Origin: Bacillota bacterium
GTDB lineage: Bacteria; Bacillota; Clostridia; Acetivibrionales; DTU013
DNA: 64,000 nucleotides
NCBI GenBank assembly: GCA_023435745.1
Contig: JAEZMD010000019.1
Coordinates: 24,423-88,422, forward strand
Direction: 5' to 3'
Below, in pieces: positions 9,001 to 19,828 of this stretch. The notes beneath the pieces were generated by a model. The model saw only the letters and a program-made list of their open reading frames with translations, was not told the origin of the DNA and did no database searches. The translations under genes were made by a program, and so were the position numbers. Every line of letters starts with the position of its first letter. Position 1 is the first letter of the stretch.

Positions 9001-10731
9001 TTACTGCCCCAGAAAAGCGTCAAAGATCTGCTTGTTGTTCAGGTAAAACGCTCCGAAGGAAGCCATGATCTCCATTTCGATCCTGTCCAGATCTTTTTGT
9101 GTCGCCGCGTTCAGATCCATAATGCTGCTCTGCTGAACATTCGGCAAAGTAAACGGCTCTATGGAAAATCTGTCCTCCCCGGCTAAATTCAAAACGCCGG
9201 AGAAGCTGTGGATCCCTAAAAACGGCAAATCAGCCCTGAAGCGTATCTCCGAGGCGCTATTCCTGGAGTTGAGCTTGTTGTTCTCCCATGCCGTATTGCT
9301 CCATTCGCCCTCCAGAGTGCCTTCTCCGGTGTCCCCAAAGAACTTTGCCCTAAAATCCATGTTCCGGTTTGTTTTCAACGTCAGTTCATCCGGTTTGGAC
9401 AAGAGTTCCATTTCGAGCCGGATCCCGGTCCGGCCGCCACCCTGAGGCGTGATAGCATATTCGACAGCTATACTTCCGCTGGTTTCGTTCTCCCCTGCTT
9501 TTTCAAAATCAGGCCTGATATGCAGCTCCATAGTCCTGGAAGCGCCGGAAACTATAATGTCTGCAAACCTGTTCCTTGCATCTTCAAATACTGTATTGCT
9601 ACAGCCCGAGGAGATATCCAGCGCTAACCCGCCGTACCCCTTTGTACCCTGCAAATCCAATACCAGCTTCCGATCCAGAATATTGCCATCCTTGTCGATG
9701 ACGGTCGTCATCTGCAGACCGTCCTTCACTCTGTATCCGCTCAGGGCCTCCCTCAAAGCATTTCTGAAAACCTCGGGATTCTTTTCCACCTTCAGTCTTT
9801 CAAGCAGGTTCCTTTCAACCTCGTTCATCGCCGCAGCGCCTGTCTCATCCAAATACTCAAACAGCCGGAACAGACCCGCCTCTTCCGAAAGCGACGACAG
9901 ACGCGCAATATTCCCATAAGTGTATTGAAGCAGCGCATCCTCACGCACAATCAGGTCGGCCAGTTCATGAAGCAACGATGTTGCAGACTCTTCATCAAGT
10001 GAAACCATAACTTCTCTGCCCCTGACCGTTTCTCCCGAAATTGACAACGCCTTTTCCTGGCCATATTTCACAGTATCCTTTGTGAAATATTTTGCGGCAG
10101 CGCTGCCAAGCTTTCCGGCTGAGGCTTTAAAAGCTACGGCATCAAACTCCAATGCGTCGGCGATCACTGCTCCGGTCACAAGTCTTTTAGGCTGAATCGG
10201 AATGGAAAACTTATTGTAAACCTCCTCCATCTGATCCAGTTCTGCGCTGAAATATTTCCCGGGCAGCAGCACCGGAACGGAAAAGTAAAGCTTCTGCCGG
10301 TTAGTAAATAGCTCGGCATCGAGAAAAGGCACCTTTTCCAGCAGCAGGGACACATTCGTAAGCGAATTGCCCTCCCTGGGCTGCTTCCTCATATCTACCA
10401 CCAGTTTACTTTTCTCTATCAAGCCGGAAAGCCCGCCCATATCCGTTGATCCAAAGGCTTCACCGCCCGAATCGATCTGCGCTGTGATCTCGACCCGTCT
10501 GCGATGAGCTTCCTGCAGGTATGGCGTTTGTTTTTCCAGAAAACCTATATAGCTTTCCTCCACCCACTTTACTGTCTTTTCAAAACTGTTCTTTTCCGCC
10601 CTCAGGTAGAGAGCTTCCGCAGGCTCTGGCAGGAAAAACCTGATTGTAAAAACAATAATAGCGATAACCGCAAGTATTCCCACGGCTATCAACAGATTCC
10701 TATTATTACTTTTTCGCTTTCTCAGACGCAA
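9001..10731 (-). CDS. Membrane-anchored extracytoplasmic protein of unknown function
   Basis: 576-aa ORF with a basic N-terminus plus one TM segment (LLIAVGILAVIAIIVFTIRFF). No recognisable catalytic motif. Sits between the ABC ATPase and the permeases. Confidence 0.6.
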   Translation of the reverse strand: MRLRKRKSNNRNLLIAVGILAVIAIIVFTIRFFLPEPAEALYLRAEKNSFEKTVKWVEESYIGFLEKQTPYLQEAHRRRVEITAQIDSGGEAFGSTDMGGLSGLIEKSKLVVDMRKQPREGNSLTNVSLLLEKVPFLDAELFTNRQKLYFSVPVLLPGKYFSAELDQMEEVYNKFSIPIQPKRLVTGAVIADALEFDAVAFKASAGKLGSAAAKYFTKDTVKYGQEKALSISGETVRGREVMVSLDEESATSLLHELADLIVREDALLQYTYGNIARLSSLSEEAGLFRLFEYLDETGAAAMNEVERNLLERLKVEKNPEVFRNALREALSGYRVKDGLQMTTVIDKDGNILDRKLVLDLQGTKGYGGLALDISSGCSNTVFEDARNRFADIIVSGASRTMELHIRPDFEKAGENETSGSIAVEYAITPQGGGRTGIRLEMELLSKPDELTLKTNRNMDFRAKFFGDTGEGTLEGEWSNTAWENNKLNSRNSASEIRFRADLPFLGIHSFSGVLNLAGEDRFSIEPFTLPNVQQSSIMDLNAATQKDLDRIEMEIMASFGAFYLNNKQIFDAFLGQ

Positions 10732-10809
10732 TTACTCCACTCCCTTGCTTCTTACTGATGCAGACGGCTACCCCTGGCTGTCACCGGCTGTTGCTGCCGC
10801 ATCTGATTA

Positions 10810-11553
10810 TTACACCTGGCTGCCGGTATCATCGGCCAGCCGTAATAGCAGCGACTCAAGATCGCTCACCCCATATGTCTTCTTTAAATCTTCTGCCGCT
10901 CCCACTGCCAGTATTTTCCCCTTATCCATCACAGCTATTCTGTCACAGAGCGTTTCCAGTTCGTCCACATAGTGACTGGTGAATACAATGGTTCTACCCT
11001 GCTTTTTCAAGGCAATCAGCGTATCCAGTATAACCCTGCGCGACTGGATATCCACCCCAACCGTCGGTTCATCCATGACAAGAATCCCGGGATGGTGCAG
11101 CAGGGAAACAGCTATGTTCAGGCGCCGCTTCATTCCGCCGGAATATTCACAAACACGGTCCCTGATCCTGTCCTCAAGTCTTGCGACAGCCGTCGCCTCA
11201 GCAATCCGCTCTTTCCTGAGCTTACCGCGCAGGCCGTATATTCCTGCCCAGAAGTCGAGGTTATCCTTGCCGGAGAGCATTGGGTACAATGCAATTTCCT
11301 GAGGCACGAAGCCTATGTCGGTTTTGATCCTGTCAGGCTGTTCGCGCACGCTTACACCGTTGATAAGGATATCTCCCGCTGTAGGTTTCAGAAGTGTGGC
11401 CATTATCGATATCAGAGTGGACTTTCCGGCGCCATTCGGTCCGAACAGGCCGAATATCTCACCTCTTGTGATCCCAAAATCCAGCTCCTGAAGCGCAGTA
11501 TTCCTGCCATATTTTTTTGTCAGTCCCCTGACTTCGATCAACACATTATCCAT
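10810..11553 (-). CDS. ABC transporter ATP-binding protein (ABC-2/DrrA-like)
   Basis: Walker A GPNGAGKST, signature YSGGMKRR, Walker B ILVMDEP, H-loop TSH. Confidence 0.9.
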   Translation of the reverse strand: MDNVLIEVRGLTKKYGRNTALQELDFGITRGEIFGLFGPNGAGKSTLISIMATLLKPTAGDILINGVSVREQPDRIKTDIGFVPQEIALYPMLSGKDNLDFWAGIYGLRGKLRKERIAEATAVARLEDRIRDRVCEYSGGMKRRLNIAVSLLHHPGILVMDEPTVGVDIQSRRVILDTLIALKKQGRTIVFTSHYVDELETLCDRIAVMDKGKILAVGAAEDLKKTYGVSDLESLLLRLADDTGSQV

Positions 11554-11757
11554 ATGTAAATAGTTCTCCGTTCAGACCTGTATGTTCTTCACATTTCTCA
11601 TATCATTCTACCACAACGGGCATCACCTGAAAACTTAAAGTAGTTTGCCACACCGTGAAGGCCGTGTATCTGAAAACTTAAAAGCATGGCTGTTTAATAA
11701 CACAAATCAATGCTATACTATTTCCTGGGAGAATCTTGTTGTACGGAAGGAGAACTT

Positions 11758-12822
11758 ATGCTGTATCCATTGAAATTTAAGCCGCTATACAAAGACTATG
11801 TCTGGGGCGGACGGAATCTGGCCGTTCTGGGAAAGGTGCTGCCTTCGGAAGGAATCGTCGCGGAAAGCTGGGAAATCTCCTGCCACAAGAACGGTTCAAG
11901 CATCGTTGCAAACGGAGCGTATGAAGGCACTTCATTGCCGGAGTTGATCAACAGCCTTGGCAGAGACGTCATCGGTACTGCTTTACCGCAAAAGGACGTT
12001 GATCGATTTCCCCTGCTGATCAAATTTATCGATGCGCAAAACAATCTATCCGTCCAGGTGCATCCTGACGACGCATACGCTAATGCAAATGAAAACGGGG
12101 AATACGGCAAGAATGAAATGTGGTATATCGTTAGCGCAAAACCGGGCGCAAAACTGGTTTATGATGTCGTACCGGGCACGACAAGGGAAAAGTTCGCCGC
12201 CGCAGTGGCTGAAAATACGGTGGAAAACTGCCTGCAAACCGTAGAAGTGAGCACGGGAGATGTAATCAATATTCCGGCCGGCTTGGTGCATGCCATCGGT
12301 GAGGGTATTATCTTAGCAGAAATCCAGCAAAACTCAGATACAACATACAGAGTATTCGATTATGGACGAGTGGGCAGAGAACTGCATATTCAGAAAGCAC
12401 TGGATGTTATTGATTTCAACTCCGCCGGTCGCAGAGCCAAAAGCAGGGGCCTTGAAATGAGCCTTGGCGGCGGATGTACAAAAAGGATTGTCGTGGCCAA
12501 CCGGTATTTCTGTACTGAAATCTATACTGTAAAGGGGTCAGTCCGGGAAAACGCGGATGGGCGCAAGTTCTGCACATATATATTTACTGATGGCAGCGGA
12601 GCCATCCTCTGGGATGGAGGTCAGCTTCCGATCCGCGCGGGTGAATCCGTTTTGATTCCTGCCGCTATGGGAGAATATTCTCTGCAAGGCGATTTCACTG
12701 CATTGAAGGCATACGTACCTGATCTTAAGGCCGATGTGATTCAGCCACTAATAAACGCAGGCCGGACACTGGATGAAATTCATTCTGAGGTGTCAGGACT
12801 GGAGTACATGCAAACCATGTAA
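11758..12822 (+). CDS. manA: Mannose-6-phosphate isomerase, class I
   Basis: MLYPLKFKPLYKDYVWGG.., LSVQVHPDD, EMWY, AGLVHAIG. GGAAGGAGA precedes the ATG at 11758. Confidence 0.85.
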   Translation: MLYPLKFKPLYKDYVWGGRNLAVLGKVLPSEGIVAESWEISCHKNGSSIVANGAYEGTSLPELINSLGRDVIGTALPQKDVDRFPLLIKFIDAQNNLSVQVHPDDAYANANENGEYGKNEMWYIVSAKPGAKLVYDVVPGTTREKFAAAVAENTVENCLQTVEVSTGDVINIPAGLVHAIGEGIILAEIQQNSDTTYRVFDYGRVGRELHIQKALDVIDFNSAGRRAKSRGLEMSLGGGCTKRIVVANRYFCTEIYTVKGSVRENADGRKFCTYIFTDGSGAILWDGGQLPIRAGESVLIPAAMGEYSLQGDFTALKAYVPDLKADVIQPLINAGRTLDEIHSEVSGLEYMQTM

Positions 12823-12958
12823 ATTTTTGTTTTATTTTGTCGAAACATTGTCTCGGGAAAATATCAATATTACTTTCCAATTATTGCATATTTGTGATAT
12901 ACTTTCATATGGCTTAGTCATAAATTCCGGCAATTCGGTAATAATTGGAGTAATGTTA

Positions 12959-13714
12959 ATGAAAAAGAAGGATATAAAAATTCGCAGGGATAGAGTATTT
13001 GTGTTTATTCCAATCGGCTGTCTTCTTGGTATTCTCTTCTTTTATTTATCTAACTATGCTGCCGCAGGCAAATCTTCAGCCTGGTGTGCGGTGACGGGTC
13101 TATTGGCAGGTTCATTATTCGTTTCCTTGTCGATTGGCGCGCAGTATTTTTCATTTTACAAAAGAAGCCTCAAGTCAATAGAAGAGCTTAAAAACCGGTC
13201 TTCCCAGAACAAGCGGAATGAAGCATATGACCGAAGCAGCCTGGATCCATTTCTGAAGGCTGAAATGGATGCTGCAGACAAGGAAAACAAACCGGTCAGT
13301 ATCATCATGGCTGATTTGGATCATTTTAATGTCATCAATGATACCTACGGTCATATTGTTGGCGATCATATCATTACGATTTTCACCCAAGTGGTTTTGA
13401 AGTGCCTGAGACCGATAGACATCATCACACAGTATTCGGGAGACGCGCTCATTGTGATCCTGCCGGATACCGATACAGCGATGGCTGCAGCGATCGCAGA
13501 AAAAATCCGGTCCGAGGTTGCAAATACATATATCCCCCCGGTTGATGATGTAGTAGTTTCGTCCATTCATTGCAGTGTCGGTGTAGCGACCTATCCTGTG
13601 CTCTATGACGATAATTCGTCGCCGATCAGAAGCTCCGAACTTGCTTTATACGTGGCTAAAGCATCCGGCAGGGACTGTGTGCGGGTATACCGCCGTGAAA
13701 TAGCAATCGGGTGA
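12959..13714 (+). CDS. Membrane-anchored GGDEF-domain protein with a degenerate active site
   Basis: Two N-terminal TM segments. GGDEF fold motifs ADLDHFNVINDTYGH and VAKASGRD. The A-site reads SGDAL instead of GG(D/E)EF. RPID (RxxD) lies five residues upstream of it. Confidence 0.8.
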   Translation: MKKKDIKIRRDRVFVFIPIGCLLGILFFYLSNYAAAGKSSAWCAVTGLLAGSLFVSLSIGAQYFSFYKRSLKSIEELKNRSSQNKRNEAYDRSSLDPFLKAEMDAADKENKPVSIIMADLDHFNVINDTYGHIVGDHIITIFTQVVLKCLRPIDIITQYSGDALIVILPDTDTAMAAAIAEKIRSEVANTYIPPVDDVVVSSIHCSVGVATYPVLYDDNSSPIRSSELALYVAKASGRDCVRVYRREIAIG

Positions 13715-13774
13715 CTTATGTGAAAAAACCTTTGCCGGATTTGCTGTGCAAATGGTGGCGGAATGACTATAATT

Positions 13775-13806
13775 AAAAAAGTCCGGTGTCTGACACCGAA
13801 CTTTTT
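13775..13806. terminator. Bidirectional terminator between the GGDEF gene and the GGGtGRT gene
   Basis: AAAAAA-GTCCGGTGT-CTG-ACACCGAAC-TTTTT. A 9-bp stem with one mismatch. Confidence 0.6.
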
Positions 13807-13866
13807 GTGAACTATCTGCTGTCTCAAAGTTTATTTTGGACAGCTCTTTATTTATTTCATCTGTAC

Positions 13867-14865
13867 TTATTTCATGGCCTCTTCTACTGCAACCGCAACA
13901 GATACTGTAGCGCCGACCATCGGGTTGTTGCCCATTCCGATCAAGCCCATCATTTCAACGTGAGCCGGTACGGAGGATGAGCCTGCGAATTGAGCGTCGG
14001 AGTGCATTCTTCCCATGGTGTCGGTCATACCATATGAAGCCGGTCCCGCCGCCATATTGTCCGGATGAAGCGTTCTTCCCGTACCGCCGCCGGATGCAAC
14101 AGAGAAGTATTTTTTGCCCAGCTCCTGGCATTCCTTCTTGTAAGTGCCTGCGACAGGATGCTGGAATCTGGTCGGATTGGTGGAATTGCCGGTAATGGAA
14201 ACATCAACGCCTTCCATATGCATAATGGCAACACCTTCTCTGACGTCATCAGCACCATAGCACCTGACCTTCGACCTCTCACCGTCGGAATACTTTATTT
14301 CTTTAACGATGTCCAGCTTGCCTGTAAAGTAATCGAATTTAGTCTGGACATATGTAAATCCATTTATCCTTGAAATAATCTGCGCAGCGTCCTTGCCAAG
14401 CCCGTTAAGAATAACTCTCAGCGGCTCGGTTCTGACCTTGTTTGCAGATCTTGCAATACCAATGGCCCCCTCTGCCGCCGCAAAGGATTCATGGCCTGCA
14501 AGGAATGCAAAGCATTTGGTCTCTTCTGTGAGCAGCATAGCGCCGAGATTACCGTGTCCCAATCCAACCTTCCTGTCATCGGCGACTGAACCAGGGATAC
14601 AAAATGACTGCAAGCCCTCCCCGATTGCCTTTGCTGCATCTGCGGCTTTTTTACAGCCCTTCTTCACAGCGATCGCCGCTCCTGCTACATAAGCCCAGCA
14701 GGCATTTTCAAAGCAGATCGGCTGGATATTCTTCACTATATTGTAAGCGTCGATGCCTTTTTCGTCACATAATTTCTTTGCTTCTTCCAAGGAAGAAATG
14801 CCATACTTGTTCAATGCGGCATTTACCTGCTCTATTCTTCTTTCATAACTTTCAAACAATGCCAT
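13867..14865 (-). CDS. GGGtGRT family protein (function unknown)
   Basis: Literal family motif SGGGTGRTLHPDN. 332-aa ORF. Confidence 0.85.
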   Translation of the reverse strand: MALFESYERRIEQVNAALNKYGISSLEEAKKLCDEKGIDAYNIVKNIQPICFENACWAYVAGAAIAVKKGCKKAADAAKAIGEGLQSFCIPGSVADDRKVGLGHGNLGAMLLTEETKCFAFLAGHESFAAAEGAIGIARSANKVRTEPLRVILNGLGKDAAQIISRINGFTYVQTKFDYFTGKLDIVKEIKYSDGERSKVRCYGADDVREGVAIMHMEGVDVSITGNSTNPTRFQHPVAGTYKKECQELGKKYFSVASGGGTGRTLHPDNMAAGPASYGMTDTMGRMHSDAQFAGSSSVPAHVEMMGLIGMGNNPMVGATVSVAVAVEEAMK

Positions 14866-14886
14866 GACTTTTAACCCTCCCCCTCA

Positions 14887-15579
14887 TTATTCCTGACGCG
14901 GATCGATATACTTTGCAGCGTCATCGAACCGGCCGTATTTGCTTGTTGCTTTCTTCACCGCTTCATTTGCATCCGTGCCCTTTTTGATCATATCCATCAT
15001 CTTGCCAAGGTGCACAAACTCATATCCAATGATCTCGTTGTTCTTATCAAGCGCTGTGCGGGTTATGTAGCCTTCGGCCAATTCCAGGTATCTTGGACCC
15101 TTTGCCAGTGTTCCATATGTAGTTCCAATCTGGCTTCTGAGGCCCTTGCCCAGATCTTCCAGACCCGCTCCGATGGGCAAGCCGCCTTCTGAAAATGCTG
15201 TCTGGGTTCTTCCGTAGGCAATCTGCAGGAATAATTCTCTCATTGCCGTATTGATCGCGTCACAAACCAGATCTGTGTTCAATGCTTCCAAAATAGTCTT
15301 GCCGGGAAGAATTTCAGATGCCATGGCTGCTGAATGCGTCATACCCGAGCAGCCTAACGTTTCAACCAACGCTTCCTGAATAATTCCTTCCTTTACATTC
15401 AGCGTCAGCTTACAAGCGCCCTGTTGCGGAGCACACCAGCCCACCCCATGTGTAAGACCGGAGATGTCCTTGACTTCCTTTGACTGTACCCATTTTCCTT
15501 CTTCAGGAATTGGCGCAGACCCGTGATTGGTTCCCTTTGCCACACACGTCATTCTTTCAACTTCATGTGAATAAATCAT
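14887..15579 (-). CDS. NifU/IscU N-terminal-like Fe-S scaffold-type protein
   Basis: Cys-containing IscU-like segments (GWCAPQQGACKLTLNVKEGIIQEA, LGCSGMTHSAA, ALNTDLVCDAINTA). AGGGG SD before the ATG at 15579. Lies 21 nt upstream of the GGGtGRT gene. Confidence 0.7.
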   Translation of the reverse strand: MIYSHEVERMTCVAKGTNHGSAPIPEEGKWVQSKEVKDISGLTHGVGWCAPQQGACKLTLNVKEGIIQEALVETLGCSGMTHSAAMASEILPGKTILEALNTDLVCDAINTAMRELFLQIAYGRTQTAFSEGGLPIGAGLEDLGKGLRSQIGTTYGTLAKGPRYLELAEGYITRTALDKNNEIIGYEFVHLGKMMDMIKKGTDANEAVKKATSKYGRFDDAAKYIDPRQE

Positions 15580-15891
15580 TCTCTGACCCCTTTCCATGTA
15601 CAAATTAGTATGATAATTTTTTAATTAATCGGCTATTATTTAGAAAGCCTGGCAGCCGTATCAACAAATATTCTACTATATTATTGCAAAAAAGTATATG
15701 TGAATTTTTTATCACTCCATTGGACATGCACGAACAGGCAATCCAGTGGGTCATGATGGTCAATAATTCAAGTATAGGCCGCATTAGGAAACGTAATCAT
15801 GACTTTTGTACTGTTATTAAACAAAAACTCGGCAAATACAGTAGCAGGATCACGTCAAAAGCTATATAATTGAATTGGTAACTATTCACAC

Positions 15892-17841
15892 ATGGAAGGA
15901 ATGCGAATGAACATGAGTCCTCATGAGTCTGATTCATTATCCCCGTTTATCACCGGCCTTGACCTGCATCTGTTCAATGAAGGAACTCACCATAAAGCGT
16001 TTGAAAAGCTTGGCGCGCATCTAATGACACAGGACGGGGTAGAAGGAACGCATTTTGCGGTCTGGGCACCCTCGGCTTTGAGTGTCAGTGTGATCTGTAA
16101 TTACAATTATTGGGACAGCGGAAGCCACCCTATGAAACCTGTCGGCTCTTCAGGCGTTTGGGCACTGTTTATCCCGGATATCGGCCCAGGCGAGATGTAT
16201 AAATATGAAATCAGGACTCAGTCAGGAGATTATCTGAAGAAGGCCGATCCATACGCATTTTACAGCGAATTGCGTCCCGGCACCGCTTCTATTGTATTTG
16301 ACCTGGACAACAGTTACGAATGGCAGGATACAGACTGGATTGAGCGCAGGGATACAGGAAGCACTTTCAACAAACCTGTGTCCATATACGAGGTGCATCT
16401 CGGCTCCTGGTTACGCACAGATGAAAACGGCTTTATAAAATATAGAGAATATGCAGACAAGCTTGTATCGTATGTCGTCGATATGGGCTATACTCATATT
16501 GAGCTGCTCCCCGTTGCGGAGCACCCATTGGATGATTCATGGGGTTATCAGGTAACCGGCTATTATTCGGTAACAAGCCGGTACGGCCGTCCTGAGGATT
16601 TTATGTTTCTGGTCGATGAATGCCATAAGCACAACATCGGCGTCATATTGGACTGGGTTCCGGCTCATTTCCCCAAGGACAGTCACGGACTGGCCCGGTT
16701 CGATGGCACTGCTTTGTATGAACATAAGGATCCGCGTCAGGGCGAACATCCCGACTGGGGAACCTTGATCTTCAACTATGACCGAAATGAAGTCAAAAAT
16801 TTTCTGATCTCAAATGCCGTCTTCTGGCTGGAGAAATACCATATAGACGGAATCCGCGTAGATGCCGTGGCCTCCATGCTGTATCTGAATTATGGCAGAA
16901 AGGCCGGAGAGTGGATCCCAAACAAGTATGGCGGTAAAGAAAATCTCGGCGCCGTCGATTTTCTGAAGCAGCTTAACTCGACGGTATATCAATATTTCCC
17001 GGGAATCATGATGATCGCCGAGGAATCCACCTCCTGGCCCATGGTCACAAAGCCCCCATATACAGGCGGTCTGGGCTTTACATATAAATGGAACATGGGC
17101 TGGATGAATGATTTCCTCCGATATGTATCCATGGACCCGGTCTATCGCAAATTCCACCACAACTATATTACCTTTTCAATCATGTATGCCATGACTGAAA
17201 ATTTCATCCTTGTCCTCTCTCATGATGAGGTGGTACATGGAAAGTGCTCCATGATCGAAAAAATGCCGGGAGACTACTGGCAGAAATTTGCCGGACTCAG
17301 GGTAGCCTATGGCTATATGTATGGACATCCCGGCAAAAAGCTGCTTTTTATGGGAAATGAATTCGGGCAGTTTATTGAGTGGAATTTCAAGCAGGGACTG
17401 GACTGGAACCTGCTAGGCTACGATAAGCACAGGCAGTTGAAGGATTATGTACGCGATCTGAATAAGCTGTACACCTCGGAAAGGGCCTGCTATGAGATTG
17501 ATTTCAGCTATGACGGCTTTGAATGGCTCGATTGCAACGACAGCGACCATAGCGTCATCTCTTTCCTGCGAAAGACCAGCCGGCCTGAAGACACACTGTT
17601 ATTTGTATGTAATTTCACACCGGTGGTATACAACGATCATATGATCGGTGTTCCATATGATGCTTTCTACAAAGAGCTTCTGAACAGCGACTCCGAGATT
17701 TATGGCGGCAGCAATATCGGCAACCTTGGCGGGGTATACGCCGAACACTCATCTTACCAGCAGAAGCCTTATTCCATCAGGATACAGGTTCCGCCGCTGG
17801 CTACGGTCGTCTTCAAGCCGGAGACAGGGCCTTCCGGCTAA
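15892..17841 (+). CDS. glgB: 1,4-alpha-glucan branching enzyme
   Basis: GH13 motifs [31 protein letters not shown], plus a CBM48-like N-terminus. Several in-frame ATGs lie between 15892 and 15913. Confidence 0.92.
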   Translation: MEGMRMNMSPHESDSLSPFITGLDLHLFNEGTHHKAFEKLGAHLMTQDGVEGTHFAVWAPSALSVSVICNYNYWDSGSHPMKPVGSSGVWALFIPDIGPGEMYKYEIRTQSGDYLKKADPYAFYSELRPGTASIVFDLDNSYEWQDTDWIERRDTGSTFNKPVSIYEVHLGSWLRTDENGFIKYREYADKLVSYVVDMGYTHIELLPVAEHPLDDSWGYQVTGYYSVTSRYGRPEDFMFLVDECHKHNIGVILDWVPAHFPKDSHGLARFDGTALYEHKDPRQGEHPDWGTLIFNYDRNEVKNFLISNAVFWLEKYHIDGIRVDAVASMLYLNYGRKAGEWIPNKYGGKENLGAVDFLKQLNSTVYQYFPGIMMIAEESTSWPMVTKPPYTGGLGFTYKWNMGWMNDFLRYVSMDPVYRKFHHNYITFSIMYAMTENFILVLSHDEVVHGKCSMIEKMPGDYWQKFAGLRVAYGYMYGHPGKKLLFMGNEFGQFIEWNFKQGLDWNLLGYDKHRQLKDYVRDLNKLYTSERACYEIDFSYDGFEWLDCNDSDHSVISFLRKTSRPEDTLLFVCNFTPVVYNDHMIGVPYDAFYKELLNSDSEIYGGSNIGNLGGVYAEHSSYQQKPYSIRIQVPPLATVVFKPETGPSG

Positions 17842-19628
17842 TTGCCGCTCTTTTTGCATTCGGCTATTTTCTTTGCCTGCTCGATGTTCCACATTAGAAC
17901 ATCATTATAGCCAAGCCCTTTTGCCTTTACAAGCATTTCATCATACAACTGGTCAAATTCCGCCTGATTTTTCGCAAATACCATTTTCCATGAGTATTCC
18001 TTTATTACATTAGATACCTGACCCTTTTTCTGCTCAAGCTCTTTGCTCATAGTTTCAGGAGCCACTCCTATGAATACAGGCTCAGCAATAGCAATTTGCC
18101 CCTTCTTCATAAAATACTCTTTAGCCGTCAAAACACCCATCTTCTCTCTCCAGTCCTTCACAAGCTTTGTCGGACTGGTATTCAGGTAAGATGTCCATAA
18201 ATGGAAATCGTATGCTTCCCCTGTTTCGGGGTTAATCGCCGTCGGCTGTATAAGGTCAATATTCATCTGATTCTGTCCGTCTCTGAATGTACCGGCGCCG
18301 TATTCCTCAGGAACCGATTCAGGATTGTTGGGAAGCGCTTTCATCCCATAGCTGGTCAAGTATGGCTTCCCTTTTTCATCAATATCCCATGTAAGTCCCT
18401 TCGGTCCTGTCTCATTGGTCTGAAAGCCCTCCGGAGAATACATCCAATTTATCAGCTGCATAATCCTTTCAGGCTGCTTTGCCTCTGCGCCTATGGAGAT
18501 CAGCCTGTTGCCGCCGTATGGATTGTATCCGACCGAATAAACAACCTCTTCGCTGAATGGAACAAGTCTGAAGCCCTTACCTTCAGCCTGTCTTTCCTGT
18601 GTATTGTAAATATTATCCATCCAGGGAAACCATGAAAATAGGGTCTGTCCATCTTTCATCTTATTGATGGCATCTTCATACGTTTGAGAGATTGAATCCG
18701 GATCCATCAGCCCCATTTGATTAGCATTATAATACAACCTGAGGCATCTGATATAAAAGCTGTTGGAATCCAGAAGGCTTTGATATTGATCACCTGTCGC
18801 TGATATCAAAGCAAATCCATATGGATTGAAGTTATCCGATTCATCATAGCCATATACATTGCAATACTGCTTTGCCAGGCACATTTTATTCCCATCCCAG
18901 TCCCTCCACAATGAAAATCCATATACCGGTCTTCCCGATTCACTCACCGGTTCAAGCACCTGCATTTGTTTAAGGACTGGCAAATAGTCTTCCATTTTAT
19001 CTATTTTTGGATAGCCGAGGCTCGCATAAAGATCCCAACGGAGGTCTGGACCCCAAGTCATTTCCTCTCCTTCTGACGGCCCGCCGGACATATTAGCAGC
19101 ATTATAGCCTAACCCATATACGCTAATTCCCTTTCCTGCATGAATCTTCGCTTTTTGCAGAACCTTTGGATAATTCGTTGCTATTTCCTGCCCATACCGG
19201 TCGAGCAGCCCATTTCGTGTCATATCAAGCAGTAATCCTCCCGATATGGCATTCAGGTATTTGGAGTCGTCATCCCCAAATATGATAATATCCCCAAGAT
19301 CTCCGGATGCCAGTAATGAAGTGAATTTCACGTCTCCCCCATCCACATTGGAGGCAATGAGATTTAATTCCATATTGAATTTGTCTTTTACAATCTTACC
19401 AAACCAACCTGTTTGCAATCCCGAGTAGTTCGCCAGCATTGTAAAAACATCGATCCTGTATGGCTCTTCATGCCCGGTAATATTTTGTCCCGAAATATCC
19501 GCATTACTACCCGTGCCGGTATCTGTTATATCTGCATTATGATTGTTTGTGCTTCCGCTGCACGCGGCAAAATTTACAATAAAACAAAGTAAAACAATAA
19601 AAATAGCATCTCTAGTCAGCTTATTCAT
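17838..19628 (-). CDS. Large extracellular solute-binding lipoprotein (LplA-like, DUF3502-type C-terminus)
   Basis: GGAGG + 7 nt + ATG at 19628. Signal peptide with lipobox NFAAC. The C-terminal motif [14 protein letters not shown] is shared with the paralogue. Confidence 0.8.
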   Translation of the reverse strand: MNKLTRDAIFIVLLCFIVNFAACSGSTNNHNADITDTGTGSNADISGQNITGHEEPYRIDVFTMLANYSGLQTGWFGKIVKDKFNMELNLIASNVDGGDVKFTSLLASGDLGDIIIFGDDDSKYLNAISGGLLLDMTRNGLLDRYGQEIATNYPKVLQKAKIHAGKGISVYGLGYNAANMSGGPSEGEEMTWGPDLRWDLYASLGYPKIDKMEDYLPVLKQMQVLEPVSESGRPVYGFSLWRDWDGNKMCLAKQYCNVYGYDESDNFNPYGFALISATGDQYQSLLDSNSFYIRCLRLYYNANQMGLMDPDSISQTYEDAINKMKDGQTLFSWFPWMDNIYNTQERQAEGKGFRLVPFSEEVVYSVGYNPYGGNRLISIGAEAKQPERIMQLINWMYSPEGFQTNETGPKGLTWDIDEKGKPYLTSYGMKALPNNPESVPEEYGAGTFRDGQNQMNIDLIQPTAINPETGEAYDFHLWTSYLNTSPTKLVKDWREKMGVLTAKEYFMKKGQIAIAEPVFIGVAPETMSKELEQKKGQVSNVIKEYSWKMVFAKNQAEFDQLYDEMLVKAKGLGYNDVLMWNIEQAKKIAECKKSGN

Positions 19629-19765
19629 TATCTGACCTCCAAACCGCAAAGAGATCTTTGTTGGCTTTTTTTGCATCGATATCATATCAAACGTACCTAC
19701 ATCATATCAAAAGTATGGGAATTATACAATCAACAAGCAAATTTCTTCTATACTGTCTGTTACTC

Positions 19766-19792
19766 AAAAAGGCTGCCATTGGGCAGCCTTTC
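19766..19792 (-). terminator. Intrinsic terminator after the upstream SBP gene
   Basis: Minus strand: GGCTGCC-CAAT-GGCAGCC followed by TTTTT. Confidence 0.6.
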
Positions 19793-19828
19793 TGAATAGA
19801 GATTACTATTATGAGGCGAACAGCTTTA

